DNA from: an uncultured Gammaproteobacteria bacterium
GTDB lineage: Bacteria > Patescibacteriota > Patescibacteriia > Patescibacteriales > GWC2-42-12
Length of the DNA: 64,000 nt
Reading direction: 5' to 3'
Assembly: GCA_964560005.1 (NCBI GenBank)
Contig: CAZLKB010000004.1
Span: forward strand, 76,112-140,111
Part shown: one piece after another, positions 33,645 through 43,417 of the stretch
How the letters are laid out: each line of letters opens with the position of its first letter
Position numbering within the stretch: position 1 is the first letter of the stretch
Notes under the pieces: model-generated
What the model saw: the letters and a program-made list of their open reading frames with translations, nothing else
Databases searched by the model: none
What the model was told of the DNA's origin: nothing
Made by a program: the position numbers and the translations under genes

Positions 33645-36600
33645 CTATTTACTTTGAATCGCTTGTATTTGCATTTTTAAATCATCAATTTGCTTTTGCT
33701 GTTCCAGGTTTTGCCTCTCTAAAGCCTGAATCCTTTCGTCGTGGACTAGGAACTTCTTAAACAAATCTTCAACCTTGGCCGCTAGATTGCTTAAAGCGGC
33801 GGCCAATTCTTTAATCGCTTCAACTATAAAAGCTTCAATACCCTGCTTTTCCAGCGATTTATAGCCGTTTTGATCGGTTTTAACCCATTCGGGAAAAACT
33901 TTTTCCACATCTTGGGCGATAAAGCCGCGCTGCAAGCCCTCTCCCCGGCTTTTATCTTTCCAATAGAAACTGACGCCCTGTAAGCTGGTTATTTTATCAA
34001 GAGAGCCCTCCAGCGGCTGAATCATTTCCTTCAGTCTGGCGTCAGAGATCACTGCCCAGACTCCTGTGGTATTGGCGGCACTGCCGTCTTTAGTAAAAAT
34101 TATCTGGTCATCAAGATTCCAAAATCTTAATTCGTCGGTCTCATCGTCTTGATAAATCCCCCAATAGGGGCTATCGGCGCTCTGGATTTCAATTTCTGCG
34201 TTGCCGCTGGCGGTTTTTAGATGCACTAATTTATTCGGCGCCGCCGTGCCTATGCCTAAAAAGCCGGAAGCGTTGAAAACCGCCTGAACCGCGTTAGAGC
34301 TGTTTTTTATCTCCATTATATTGGCCGTTTGGCCTCCTGAATAACCATAGAGCGCTAGGGCCGGGACATTTACGCTCAAATTATTGATGCCGGCGATAAC
34401 CATAAGCGAAGCGGCGTCGCAGACGCTTTCCTGGCATGCGATCGCTGAAGGATTAGCTGCCGTATGCCTATTGCCGAGCACCTCGATACCATAATAATTG
34501 AACATTCTGATGCCATAATTAGAAATTGTCTGTATTCCAGACTGCTCATTCACCCAAAAAGACGGCATCACCACCTTGCCGGCATTCGTAAAATCGGTCT
34601 GATAAAACTTCCTGCCGGAATCGCCGAAGAATAAATAGCTATTTCCGGCGGCGTTAGTTCCCGCGATATGCAAGTCGTTATAGTTTGTATTAAGCCCTTT
34701 AACGGCATATATCTGCGCCTGCTGTGTCGGAAAATCCGGGCTGGAAAGAAGAAGCTTGGCATTTACCTTGTCGTATTGAAAAGTAGTGCCGATACCCACA
34801 TCGCCGCCGGCATAATTTATTCCTCCGGCAACATCAGCCCACTGGCTGGTGGCGGCCGGCCAGCTGGTTCTGGTCACTCCTCCCAAACGGATGCCGCCCG
34901 AACTCATGTCTAGAGCGGCTTGCGGATTAGTCGTGCCTATGCCCACATTGCCGCTTGCATTGATAAAAACCTTAGGCGTATCGGCTGATTCAACGGTATT
35001 ATCAGGAAAAAAAGCAATACCGCCGTTATTAGCGCCAATCCGAAGCCAATTACCGTTAACTTTGGCCACCAACGATAGATCATTGTTCCTGCCTAAACCC
35101 ATAAACCCTTTAAGCGCTGTCCCGTCATTCGTATAGAAATTAACATCATTATTATTCCAAAGACCGATACTGCCGTTATTTACGCTTAATTTCTGGGCTG
35201 GCGCCGCTGTGCCGATGCCCACATTGCCGTTTTTAAGCACGGTCAGGGCGTTAGACGGACTGCCGGCGGCCGTCCCGTTGCCTACGATAAACAACGGATC
35301 GGTCGCTACCCAGCTATCCACGGTCCCGCTAATAACATTATATTGCCCAAATACCGCCGAAGCGTAGGCTTGAGCCGTGGTATGAGCGCCGAAGGCGGCT
35401 GAATAGTTGCCGCTAGCGCCGTTATCAAATCCGCCGCCGACAAAAGAATATTGTCCTTGCGCAATATTTAACTTTCCTCCACTAACTGCGGCCGAAAGGC
35501 CTATCGCTTGGTTTCCCTGCCCGCCACTGATTGTAGAATAATCGCCTTGAGCGATACTCTGCCGAGTAGGTATAACATCTGTTGCCGGTCCGCCTCCGGA
35601 TACTACGGAATAACCGCCTAAAGCGTGGTTGTCTCTCCCGCCGCCGACAAAAGAATGAGCGCCGTCGCTACTGTTATTGCTGCCGCCGCCAACGAAGCTG
35701 ATAGACCCGCCGGCAAAATTATTTTGCCCCGCTGCAAAACTGTTATCTCCGCTGGCATTGTTGTTTTGCCCGAAAGCAACGGAATAGTTACCGATATTAT
35801 CATTATTCCATTGTGCTCCGTTAACATAGCCTGCTCTAAACGCGGCTTTCCTGGGATACCAAAAAAGCCTTGTGCCCGCGCTTAGATTAACTTCTGTCCA
35901 GCCTTGGCCGAACTCGCCTACGGCCAAAATATCCCCTCCTGAAACGATTTCAATCGCCGTCCTTGGTTCCGTAGTACCAATGCCAATACTGCCGTTGCGG
36001 GCTATGGCAAACTTGTATTCAAAAGCAGGATCGATTTGAGAATCGTGCAAACCGAAATTTTGTGAATTTTGAAAATACCAATTGCCTGTTGATTTACTAA
36101 AACCTATGCGACCGGTATAACCGTCATTCAAAACTTTATTTGTATTTAATAAACTATCCCAATAGGAATTAGCGTATAAAATAAAATTACCACTCTTAGC
36201 GTCAGCGAGAGTCATTCTACCGTCAACGTGAAGAGTATTCTTTGGAGTTGATGTGCCGATGCCGACCTTTCCCGAATTATAATAAATATCACTTTCGGAA
36301 GTTGTCCATTGGCTATTACCAAACAAAATACCATTTTTACGTAAATTACCAGTAAAATTAATATCACCGGCAACGGCTAATTTATAGCCCGGACTCGTCG
36401 TCCCGATGCCGACATTACCGGTTGTATTTTGTAAAACTATTTTTCCGGAGTTATCATCAATAAACCAAAGGCTGCCAGCAACGTTAGCCACCTCATAATC
36501 CTCAGATCCAGCCGATAAATTAACACCAGCACTTCCTCCGCTTGACGAAATATTTAAATATCTGGTTATAGAAGAGGGTGAAAAAGGATTATTCGTTCCA

Positions 36601-37889
36601 ATCCCGACATTGCCGGTATTGTAATATATGCTACTACCAAAATTATGCCATTGGCTGCCACCTCCATTAGGAAGTGATGCGACATTTAATTCTTGTTTAC
36701 CAGAAGTCATAACTCGGTTAATACTATTACCGGGCACGGCCACGAATAAACCATTGCCGTAAGTTACGGATTGCCAGCTATTAGCTTCGGCGGCTGTTCT
36801 AGCGGTCCAGTTGGCGCCGTCAGGAGAAGTCATAACACGATTAGCGCCATCAGACGCCACGGCCACGAATAAACCATTGCCGTAAGTTACGGATTTCCAT
36901 TGATTAGCTTGAGCGGCTGTTCTGGCGGTCCAGCTGATGCCGTTAGGAGAAGTCATGACTCGATTAGTACCATTAGTAGACACAGCTACAAACAAGCCAT
37001 TACCATAGGTCACGGATTTCCATTGATTAGCCTCTATGGCCGTTCTGGGAGTCCAAATTGCGCCGTCGGGAGAAGTCATGACTAGATTTAAACCATTATC
37101 AGTACCCACAGCCACGAATATGCCATTACCGTAGGTCACAGAAGTCCAATTAGTGGCTATAGAAGCTGTTACAGGGGTCCAAATAGCGCCATCAGGAGAA
37201 GTCATAACGCGACGGCCGCCATCACCAGCCACGGCTACATATATACCATTACCGTAGGTTACGGAATGCCAGGCATTAGCTTCAGGGATTATTGCACCAG
37301 TCCAGGTGATGCCATCAGGAGAAGTCATGACGCGGTAAGAACCTCCTGCTGACACGGCATCAGCCACGGCCACGAATAGCCCGTTGCCGTAGGCCACGGA
37401 AACCCAACTACTATTATCGGCGGCTGTTCTGGCGGTCCAGTTGATGCCGTCGGAAGAAGTCATAACTTGACCAAAAGCAGCATAATCAGACACGGCCACG
37501 AATATACCATTGCCATAAGCCACAGAAGTCCAAACATTAGTTACGGGAGTTGATCTGGCGGTCCAAGATGTTCCCTTAGAAATAATATCTCCGACGACTT
37601 CCAGCGCCGCGCCCGGTGTGATTGTCCCGATGCCGACCTTGCCATAAACCGCCAAACCGGTAGCCAGAATATCATCCATATTAACCTTTAAAGATCCATA
37701 TTTAATCTGCGGCAATGAACCCATATTAATCGGCGCATCGCAACCCGGATTACCGGTCGCACAAGTCGGCGGACTCGCTAAAGGCGCTGTCCAGGCGGCT
37801 AAAAGTGATTGAAAAGAGATTAATAAACCTAAAGTTAAAAAAACTGTTATTAATAAATAGCTAAAAATTTGTAAATTTCTCTTGGTCAT
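33645..37889 (-). CDS. Giant surface fibre/adhesin: 7-blade propeller, tail-fibre-like 'GNVGIGT' repeats, YadA-head-like beta-roll, C-terminal S74 intramolecular-chaperone domain
   Basis: 1414 aa with an N-terminal anchor. Seven ~41-45-aa repeats of the form 'W.SV.YGNG.FVAV....RVMTSPDG..WT.RT' (nt ~36690-37577). 'SVAFGQNNNASGDNSFAAGQNNFAGGSISFVGGGSNN'. C-terminal 'ISDARLKEMIQPL...GVSFYWKD...GFIAQDVEKVFPEWV' (nt 33648-34046) followed by a coiled coil. Confidence 0.85.
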   Translation of the reverse strand: MTKRNLQIFSYLLITVFLTLGLLISFQSLLAAWTAPLASPPTCATGNPGCDAPINMGSLPQIKYGSLKVNMDDILATGLAVYGKVGIGTITPGAALEVVGDIISKGTSWTARSTPVTNVWTSVAYGNGIFVAVSDYAAFGQVMTSSDGINWTARTAADNSSWVSVAYGNGLFVAVADAVSAGGSYRVMTSPDGITWTGAIIPEANAWHSVTYGNGIYVAVAGDGGRRVMTSPDGAIWTPVTASIATNWTSVTYGNGIFVAVGTDNGLNLVMTSPDGAIWTPRTAIEANQWKSVTYGNGLFVAVSTNGTNRVMTSPNGISWTARTAAQANQWKSVTYGNGLFVAVASDGANRVMTSPDGANWTARTAAEANSWQSVTYGNGLFVAVPGNSINRVMTSGKQELNVASLPNGGGSQWHNFGSSIYYNTGNVGIGTNNPFSPSSITRYLNISSSGGSAGVNLSAGSEDYEVANVAGSLWFIDDNSGKIVLQNTTGNVGIGTTSPGYKLAVAGDINFTGNLRKNGILFGNSQWTTSESDIYYNSGKVGIGTSTPKNTLHVDGRMTLADAKSGNFILYANSYWDSLLNTNKVLNDGYTGRIGFSKSTGNWYFQNSQNFGLHDSQIDPAFEYKFAIARNGSIGIGTTEPRTAIEIVSGGDILAVGEFGQGWTEVNLSAGTRLFWYPRKAAFRAGYVNGAQWNNDNIGNYSVAFGQNNNASGDNSFAAGQNNFAGGSISFVGGGSNNSSDGAHSFVGGGRDNHALGGYSVVSGGGPATDVIPTRQSIAQGDYSTISGGQGNQAIGLSAAVSGGKLNIAQGQYSFVGGGFDNGASGNYSAAFGAHTTAQAYASAVFGQYNVISGTVDSWVATDPLFIVGNGTAAGSPSNALTVLKNGNVGIGTAAPAQKLSVNNGSIGLWNNNDVNFYTNDGTALKGFMGLGRNNDLSLVAKVNGNWLRIGANNGGIAFFPDNTVESADTPKVFINASGNVGIGTTNPQAALDMSSGGIRLGGVTRTSWPAATSQWADVAGGINYAGGDVGIGTTFQYDKVNAKLLLSSPDFPTQQAQIYAVKGLNTNYNDLHIAGTNAAGNSYLFFGDSGRKFYQTDFTNAGKVVMPSFWVNEQSGIQTISNYGIRMFNYYGIEVLGNRHTAANPSAIACQESVCDAASLMVIAGINNLSVNVPALALYGYSGGQTANIMEIKNSSNAVQAVFNASGFLGIGTAAPNKLVHLKTASGNAEIEIQSADSPYWGIYQDDETDELRFWNLDDQIIFTKDGSAANTTGVWAVISDARLKEMIQPLEGSLDKITSLQGVSFYWKDKSRGEGLQRGFIAQDVEKVFPEWVKTDQNGYKSLEKQGIEAFIVEAIKELAAALSNLAAKVEDLFKKFLVHDERIQALERQNLEQQKQIDDLKMQIQAIQSK

Positions 37890-37941
37890 ACTTTTAAATT
37901 TTTAGTTGGATAAAAATAATTTACTATTTATTTTATTGCTG

Positions 37942-38343
37942 TTATTTTACCTGCAAGGTTTCTTGCTGTAATATTTTCTCCAGTTCAGCTTTTCTTTGTT
38001 GGTCTGCCTTTAATTGCTCTGGGGTTTTAAGTTGTAATTTTTCCATAAGTTCTCGAGTTTCCACTTCAATTATTTTATTTCCGGCATCTACAGTAATGCC
38101 GCCGGTGGCCGTCTTGCCCTGTTCAACTATTTGCTCAACCTGCTGGCGGGTATTATCTTCAATTATTTTTATTTTCTGTTCAACCGGAGATAATTCTCCC
38201 TGACTTGCCGTACTGGCTGGAGTATTGTCGCTATTACCGACTGGCCGGTCGGCCGCCATTTTATTTATATATAATAAAACAAACGCCGCCACTACTATGA
38301 AAAATAGAATCAATACGATAATTAAAGCTTTCTTAGGCGTCAT
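37942..38343 (-). CDS. Hypothetical membrane-anchored protein
   Basis: 133 aa with one N-terminal TM helix and a Q/E-rich helical ectodomain. Confidence 0.5.
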   Translation of the reverse strand: MTPKKALIIVLILFFIVVAAFVLLYINKMAADRPVGNSDNTPASTASQGELSPVEQKIKIIEDNTRQQVEQIVEQGKTATGGITVDAGNKIIEVETRELMEKLQLKTPEQLKADQQRKAELEKILQQETLQVK

Positions 38344-38421
38344 ATAATACAGTTATAAAGTTGAAAGTTTATAAAGTTATTTGTTTATTGACTTTATAAC
38401 TTTACAAACTTTATAAACTTT
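38344..38421. repeat. AT-rich palindromic module, family C (ATAAAGTT / AACTTTAT words)
   Basis: GTTATAAAGTTGAAAGTTTATAAAGT is mirrored by ACTTTATAACTTTACAAACTTTATAAAC. Confidence 0.85.
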
Positions 38422-39402
38422 CTACTTAATCATATTATTCACCATTCTAACCAGCTTGCTCGCCCCCCTGCTTTTATTCAATTCAAGAAACAGCGATGTC
38501 CAGGCGGTGATCTGAAAAACCGACAAAGCCGCGCCGCCGGCGATGACGATGAATAAAAAGCCGGCAAAAGCCAAAACCGCGATCAGCCAAGAGCCGGCCG
38601 CGGAAAATGAGTAATAGAAGATTAAGCCCAAAAACATAAACGGCACGGCCAGAGTTAAGATGGTTAAAACGATGGCCAGACCGGCTAAGAGATTAATGAA
38701 AAAAAGAATTATGGACATTTCAACGCTAATAAGCCAATTGCTTATAAATAACCGCCAGCTCTGCTTTAAAGCCGAACCGACCTTATGCTTATTAACCACT
38801 ACATAGGCCACGGCATACTTAGAGATAAAAGACAAAATTACCGCTAACGGCACGGCGATAATTAAAGCCGCAACATAAAAAATCTTAACTCCCGAACTGG
38901 CCGGCAAAAAAACCGCCGGCAAGCTGACGGCTAATAATATCAAATAGACTACGGCTTTAATTAAAATATTTATCAATAAAACCGGCCAAAAATTCAACAT
39001 GCCGGCCTCCCAGCCGTTTCTTAAAGAGTTTTTTTTCTGGCTTAAGAGTGCGGCCGAATTGTTGACTATAGCCGCTTGCGAAACCACCACCAGCCAAACC
39101 AAGAATATTAAAAACGCCAAAGCAATTAAAGCGATGATAAAGACAATAATTAGATTTAGAGTATTATCTCTCAGTAAATTTCCTATATTGGCGAAAGTCT
39201 TCGCGCTTAGCACCCCGGTTGAAAAAATGCTTTGCCAAGAAGAAAATAAGGCCTGGCCGGGATTATTGCCGGTATTATTCAATAAAATATCCAATTCCCC
39301 GCTATTGCCTAAGAGGGCGGCGAAAATTCCCAGCCACCAAAGATATTTGTTGCGCCAAGTTAATCTCCAGGCTTGTTTTAGAATATTCCGATAAAATGGC
39401 AT
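38422..39402 (-). CDS. Polytopic membrane protein of unknown function
   Basis: 326 aa with about 6-7 hydrophobic helices. N-terminal 'ILKQAWRLTWRNKYLWWLGIF'. Confidence 0.6.
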   Translation of the reverse strand: MPFYRNILKQAWRLTWRNKYLWWLGIFAALLGNSGELDILLNNTGNNPGQALFSSWQSIFSTGVLSAKTFANIGNLLRDNTLNLIIVFIIALIALAFLIFLVWLVVVSQAAIVNNSAALLSQKKNSLRNGWEAGMLNFWPVLLINILIKAVVYLILLAVSLPAVFLPASSGVKIFYVAALIIAVPLAVILSFISKYAVAYVVVNKHKVGSALKQSWRLFISNWLISVEMSIILFFINLLAGLAIVLTILTLAVPFMFLGLIFYYSFSAAGSWLIAVLAFAGFLFIVIAGGAALSVFQITAWTSLFLELNKSRGASKLVRMVNNMIK

Positions 39403-39524
39403 AGGGGTTCCTCCTAAATCGCTTTAATTATATTAGCGAAGGTTAAATTATTAGCGGATATAATCGTAAAGTCTTGGCTAAAATCATTAACTCACATAAT
39501 CCAGATATATTATACCACAAAAAT

Positions 39525-41402
39525 TTATTTTGTTGTAATTTCTTCGCCGCCTTCTTTTGGGCCGACAATTTTCTCAAATTCCTCTTTTTCCAAAGTTTCT
39601 TTTTCCATAAGAGCCGCTACGGTCTTTTCCAAAAAATCATGCTTAGCCTTAATAATGCCTTTGGCTTTTAAAACCGCCAGATCGATAAAATTAGAAATTT
39701 CTTTGTCAATCTGCTCGGCAACCTTTTCGCTATAATCCCTCTGCTCGTGGATTTCTCTGCCCAAGAAAATCATTTCTTCTTTATCCCCGTAAGTCCTGGG
39801 GCCTAAAGCGTCGCTCATGCCGTAATCGGTAATTAATTTTCTGGCCAAGCCGGTCGCGCGCCTTAAGTCGGAAGTGGCGCCGGTGGTTACTTCGCCGAAA
39901 ACTTCTTTTTCCGTAACATAACCGGCCAAGAGAACCGCGATTTCCTCCACATATTCAGTTCGGGAATACATGTGCTTGTCTTCCAGCGGCAGTTTTAAAG
40001 TATAGCCGCCGGCCTGGCCGCGGGCAATAATGGAAATTTTTTGCACCGGGTCGGTCAGCGGAGAAAAATGAGCCACGATGGCGTGGCCGGCTTCGTGATA
40101 GGCGGTGATCTTTTTTTCTTTGTCGGATAAAATTCTTGATTTTCTCTCCGGCCCCATCATAACTTTTTCAATGGATTTGAAAATATCTTCCAGGCTGATT
40201 ATTTTTTTATTCTTCATGGCGGCTACGATCGCGGCTTCATTTAAAAGATTGGCTAAATCCGCGCCGGTAAATCCCGGCGTTCTTTCGGCTACTCTCTTTA
40301 AGCTGACTTCTTTGCTTAATGGCTTCTTTTTGACATGCACCTTTAAAATTGCTTCGCGATCGGCTAAATCAGGCTCATCTAAAATAACACGGCGGTCAAA
40401 ACGCCCGGGCCTAAGTAGCGCCGGATCTAAAACGTCCGGCCGATTGGTGGCGGCGATGACTATCACATTAGTGTTGGGATCAAAGCCGTCCATCTCCACT
40501 AATATTTGGTTTAGAGTCTGTTCGCGCTCGTCGTGCGAGCCGCCGAGTCCGGAGCCGCGCTTGCGTCCGACCGCGTCAATTTCGTCTATAAAAATTATGC
40601 AAGGAGCGCTCTTTTTGGCTTTTCTAAATAAATCCCGGACGCGGGAGGCGCCCACGCCGACGAACATCTCAACGAATTCCGAGCCGGACAAGCTGAAAAA
40701 AGGCACATTGGCTTCGCCGGCTACCGCCCGGGCTAAGAGCGTTTTGCCCGTTCCCGGACTGCCTAAGAGCAAGACTCCGCGCGGCGTACGCGCGCCCAGC
40801 TCGGAAAATTTCTGCGGGCTTTTTAAAAATTCAACCACCTCTTTTAATTCTTCCTTAGCTTCTTTAACTCCGGCCACTTCTTTAAAGGTCACCTTGTCCT
40901 TAAATTCCCGGCCGATTTCTTTGGCCTGGGACTGGCCGAACATCATGGCTTTTGAATTCGCGCCCTGGACCGAACGGAGCATGAAATAAATAAAAACGCC
41001 AATCAATAAAAAGGGAATTAAAAACGGCAAAATCGCGCCCAGCCAATAATTCAGGCCCTCATCGTCTTTAACTTCAATCTTTATGGCCGCCACTTTAGCC
41101 TGATCAAGATTAAAATTTTTAACGATTTGCGAAAAGGTCTCGCCGGCTTCTTTTTTTACCACCTCGCTCTTCCCCGCCTGTTCGGCCTGCCCGCCGGTAG
41201 GCAGATCCGATTTTAAAGTCACCTGCATTTCACTGCCGGCGATTACTATTTTTTCAACTTCCTGGTTATTAATTTGCGCCACTAAAGTATCAATGCCCAC
41301 TACCTCGGTCTTGCCGCCACCGCCGCTGATAATGCTAAAAACCGCGGCGATCAGCAAAAAAGTCGTAAAAAATATCAAAAAATTTTTAATTAAATTTTTC
41401 AT
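39525..41402 (-). CDS. ftsH: ATP-dependent zinc metalloprotease FtsH
   Basis: Walker A 'GSPGTGKT', SRH '[20 protein letters not shown]', and the zinc site 'HEAGH'. Confidence 0.95.
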   Translation of the reverse strand: MKNLIKNFLIFFTTFLLIAAVFSIISGGGGKTEVVGIDTLVAQINNQEVEKIVIAGSEMQVTLKSDLPTGGQAEQAGKSEVVKKEAGETFSQIVKNFNLDQAKVAAIKIEVKDDEGLNYWLGAILPFLIPFLLIGVFIYFMLRSVQGANSKAMMFGQSQAKEIGREFKDKVTFKEVAGVKEAKEELKEVVEFLKSPQKFSELGARTPRGVLLLGSPGTGKTLLARAVAGEANVPFFSLSGSEFVEMFVGVGASRVRDLFRKAKKSAPCIIFIDEIDAVGRKRGSGLGGSHDEREQTLNQILVEMDGFDPNTNVIVIAATNRPDVLDPALLRPGRFDRRVILDEPDLADREAILKVHVKKKPLSKEVSLKRVAERTPGFTGADLANLLNEAAIVAAMKNKKIISLEDIFKSIEKVMMGPERKSRILSDKEKKITAYHEAGHAIVAHFSPLTDPVQKISIIARGQAGGYTLKLPLEDKHMYSRTEYVEEIAVLLAGYVTEKEVFGEVTTGATSDLRRATGLARKLITDYGMSDALGPRTYGDKEEMIFLGREIHEQRDYSEKVAEQIDKEISNFIDLAVLKAKGIIKAKHDFLEKTVAALMEKETLEKEEFEKIVGPKEGGEEITTK

Positions 41403-41420
41403 TGGTTTAAATTATGGTTC

Positions 41421-41470
41421 ACCCGTTAAATCCCGATCAAGCTTGGGACGCAGAGCGTATTTAACGGGGT
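41421..41470 (-). promoter_or_regulatory. ~50-nt three-way hairpin element in the ftsH 5' leader (copy 1)
   Basis: Sense reading ACCCCGTTAAATACGCTCTGCGTCCCAAGCTTGATCGGGATTTAACGGGT. The outer stem encloses ACGC-N3-GCGT and a CCCAAG.../...GGG hairpin. It starts about 7 nt after the predicted TSS. Confidence 0.55.
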
Positions 41471-41483
41471 AAATTATGTTAAA

Positions 41484-41512
41484 ATTATATAATATTAATC
41501 AATTATTGGCAA
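41484..41512 (-). promoter_or_regulatory. Near-consensus sigma70-type promoter, TTGCCA-N17-TATAAT
   Basis: Minus strand TTGCCAATAATTGATTAATATTATATAAT. The -35 is the complement of 41507-41512 and the -10 is the complement of 41484-41489. Confidence 0.65.
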
Positions 41513-41602
41513 CATTTAAAAAAACCGGTCATGCATGGCATAACCGGTTAGTACGATTTTCCCCGATTATTTCGGGGTATTGCTTCCTTATTCCGGAAAC
41601 GC

Positions 41603-43198
41603 CTAGTACGGCGATCGGAGCCGGTAGAAACGAACGGGATAATTCGTCCACTGGCTATCGCTGAAATAGGCCGAGCCTCCGGCCAGGGTATTGGTTTTTA
41701 CCGCCAGCCAAACCGGATTGGCCGCGTTCGTCGCGGCCTCCACCACCACGACCTGGCCGCTGGTTCCGGCGATAAAAAACCCGAACTGATTCGTTCGCAC
41801 GCCGACGCCGGCGATGCTGGGCCGCTCCGGCGCCGGCGGCCACCATAACGCGGTCGGAAAACCGGCGAAGGTTGACTTCCAACCCGTGGTTCCGGCTCGA
41901 TAATAAACGGTCGCACCGCTAACGAAAGCAAAGGTGGACGAATCTACGCTCGGGGCATTGCCTAGGAAGTAAATTCTTTTCAGTTTGGAGCAGAAAAAAA
42001 ACGCTTCGTGGCCGATGTGGGTAACGCTCTTCGGAATAATTATACTAACTAAGCTCTCGCACATATAGAATGCGCCATCACCGATAAAAGCAATAGGCGC
42101 GAGAATGACGAGATTGGTCAGTTTATCGCAATATGAAAAGGCGTCACCAAAGCTAACGACACTGGCTGGAATAGTAATACCCTGAAGGCCGCTTAGGGCA
42201 AAGGCCTTATCACCAATTCTGACGACACCCTCAGGGATGGTGAGGTTTGTTAAACTTGGACATTTATAGAATGCCAGATACCCAATATGTAAGAGGTTCG
42301 CCGGCATAACGACAGTGGCCAATTTTAAACAAGAATAGAACGCATAATCACCAATATTAGTGACGCTATGGCCGATGATGACACTCTTTAGGCTGGGGCA
42401 AGTGCTAAACATACGGTCCCCGATGCTCACAACTCCTTTGCCGATGATGACGTTGGTCAAATTAGGACAAGTGCTGAATGCCTGTGCCCCGATGCTTAAA
42501 ACGCTGTCCGGGATAGTAACACCGGTCAGGCTGGGGCAGGAGTTAAACGCGTAATTGCCGATGCTTATAACGCTCTCCGGAATCGTGTAGTTGCCTTCGG
42601 CCTTGCCCCAGGGGTAATGAATGAGCGCGGTCCGATTTTTATCAAACAACACGCCGTCCAGACTGGAGTAGAAGGCATTAGAAGCGGCCACATTTATCGC
42701 GCTTAGACTGCCACAGCCGTAAAACGCCCAGTCGCCGATCCGGTCAACGCTCTCCGGGATAGTGATGCTCTCCAGGCTGGTACAGCTGTCAAACGCCCCG
42801 TCGCCGACACGGCCGACGCCGTTGTTGATGGTGACGCTGGTCAGGCCGGTGCAGAGGTGGAAAGCGCCGTTGCCGATCCGGGTAACGCTACCCGGAATGG
42901 TGACGCTGGTCAGGCCGGAACAGGAATCGAACGTCGAGTAGCCGATGTTGGTGACGCTTAAGGGAATGGTGACGCTGGTCAGACTATAACACCCCTCAAA
43001 CGCCTGATCTCCGATACTGACGACCGGCAGGCCGCTCATCGCGTTAGGAATGGCCACGTCGCCGCCGGAACCGATGTACTTAACGATGGTGATTGCGCCG
43101 TTATCGATGGTGTAATTGAACGGGAACTGCTCATCAGCGCAAGCGCTGAAGACGAATAGAGCCAGGCTTAAATAGATCTCTTTGCTAACACTTTTCAT
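41603..43198 (-). CDS. BspA-type leucine-rich-repeat (LRR_5-like) secreted protein, compositionally GC-rich
   Basis: About 12 repeats of the form 'IPxSVTxIGxxAFxxCxxLTSVTI'. The signal peptide starts at M32, 'MKSVSKEIYLSLALFVFSACA'. The C-terminus is '...VRFYRLRSPY'. GC content is visibly higher than its neighbours; one 60-nt line I counted (41761-41820) is 36/60 G+C. Confidence 0.8.
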   Translation of the reverse strand: MKSVSKEIYLSLALFVFSACADEQFPFNYTIDNGAITIVKYIGSGGDVAIPNAMSGLPVVSIGDQAFEGCYSLTSVTIPLSVTNIGYSTFDSCSGLTSVTIPGSVTRIGNGAFHLCTGLTSVTINNGVGRVGDGAFDSCTSLESITIPESVDRIGDWAFYGCGSLSAINVAASNAFYSSLDGVLFDKNRTALIHYPWGKAEGNYTIPESVISIGNYAFNSCPSLTGVTIPDSVLSIGAQAFSTCPNLTNVIIGKGVVSIGDRMFSTCPSLKSVIIGHSVTNIGDYAFYSCLKLATVVMPANLLHIGYLAFYKCPSLTNLTIPEGVVRIGDKAFALSGLQGITIPASVVSFGDAFSYCDKLTNLVILAPIAFIGDGAFYMCESLVSIIIPKSVTHIGHEAFFFCSKLKRIYFLGNAPSVDSSTFAFVSGATVYYRAGTTGWKSTFAGFPTALWWPPAPERPSIAGVGVRTNQFGFFIAGTSGQVVVVEAATNAANPVWLAVKTNTLAGGSAYFSDSQWTNYPVRFYRLRSPY

Positions 43199-43334
43199 AC
43201 TTTTATTTCTTTCGTGCTTTTCTTTCGGAAAATTTACCCGGCAACGCCCGGGTTTTGCGTCCGCCTTTGGCGGAGTTATTTTAAAGGACAAAAGTAATTA
43301 TTTTTTACCATTCATTTTAATTTTTGTCAAATCC

Positions 43335-43366
43335 AAAAAACACCCTGGAATAACCCAGGATGTTTT
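43335..43366 (-). terminator. Intrinsic terminator downstream of rpsA
   Basis: Minus strand CATCCTGGG-TTATT-CCAGGGTG followed by TTTTTTGG. Confidence 0.75.
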
Positions 43367-43417
43367 ATTGAATTTTATTGTTTATTTTTCCGATCCAAGA
43401 CCGGACGAGCAGGCGTC

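Noticed and set aside
33645-37889. A prophage or phage-tail locus, suggested by the S74 chaperone domain and tail-fibre motifs.
   Set aside because: No capsid, terminase, portal, baseplate, integrase or lysis genes lie within at least 10 kb on either side. The neighbours are ruvA, membrane proteins and ftsH. I interpret it as a chromosomal adhesin, pending wider context.
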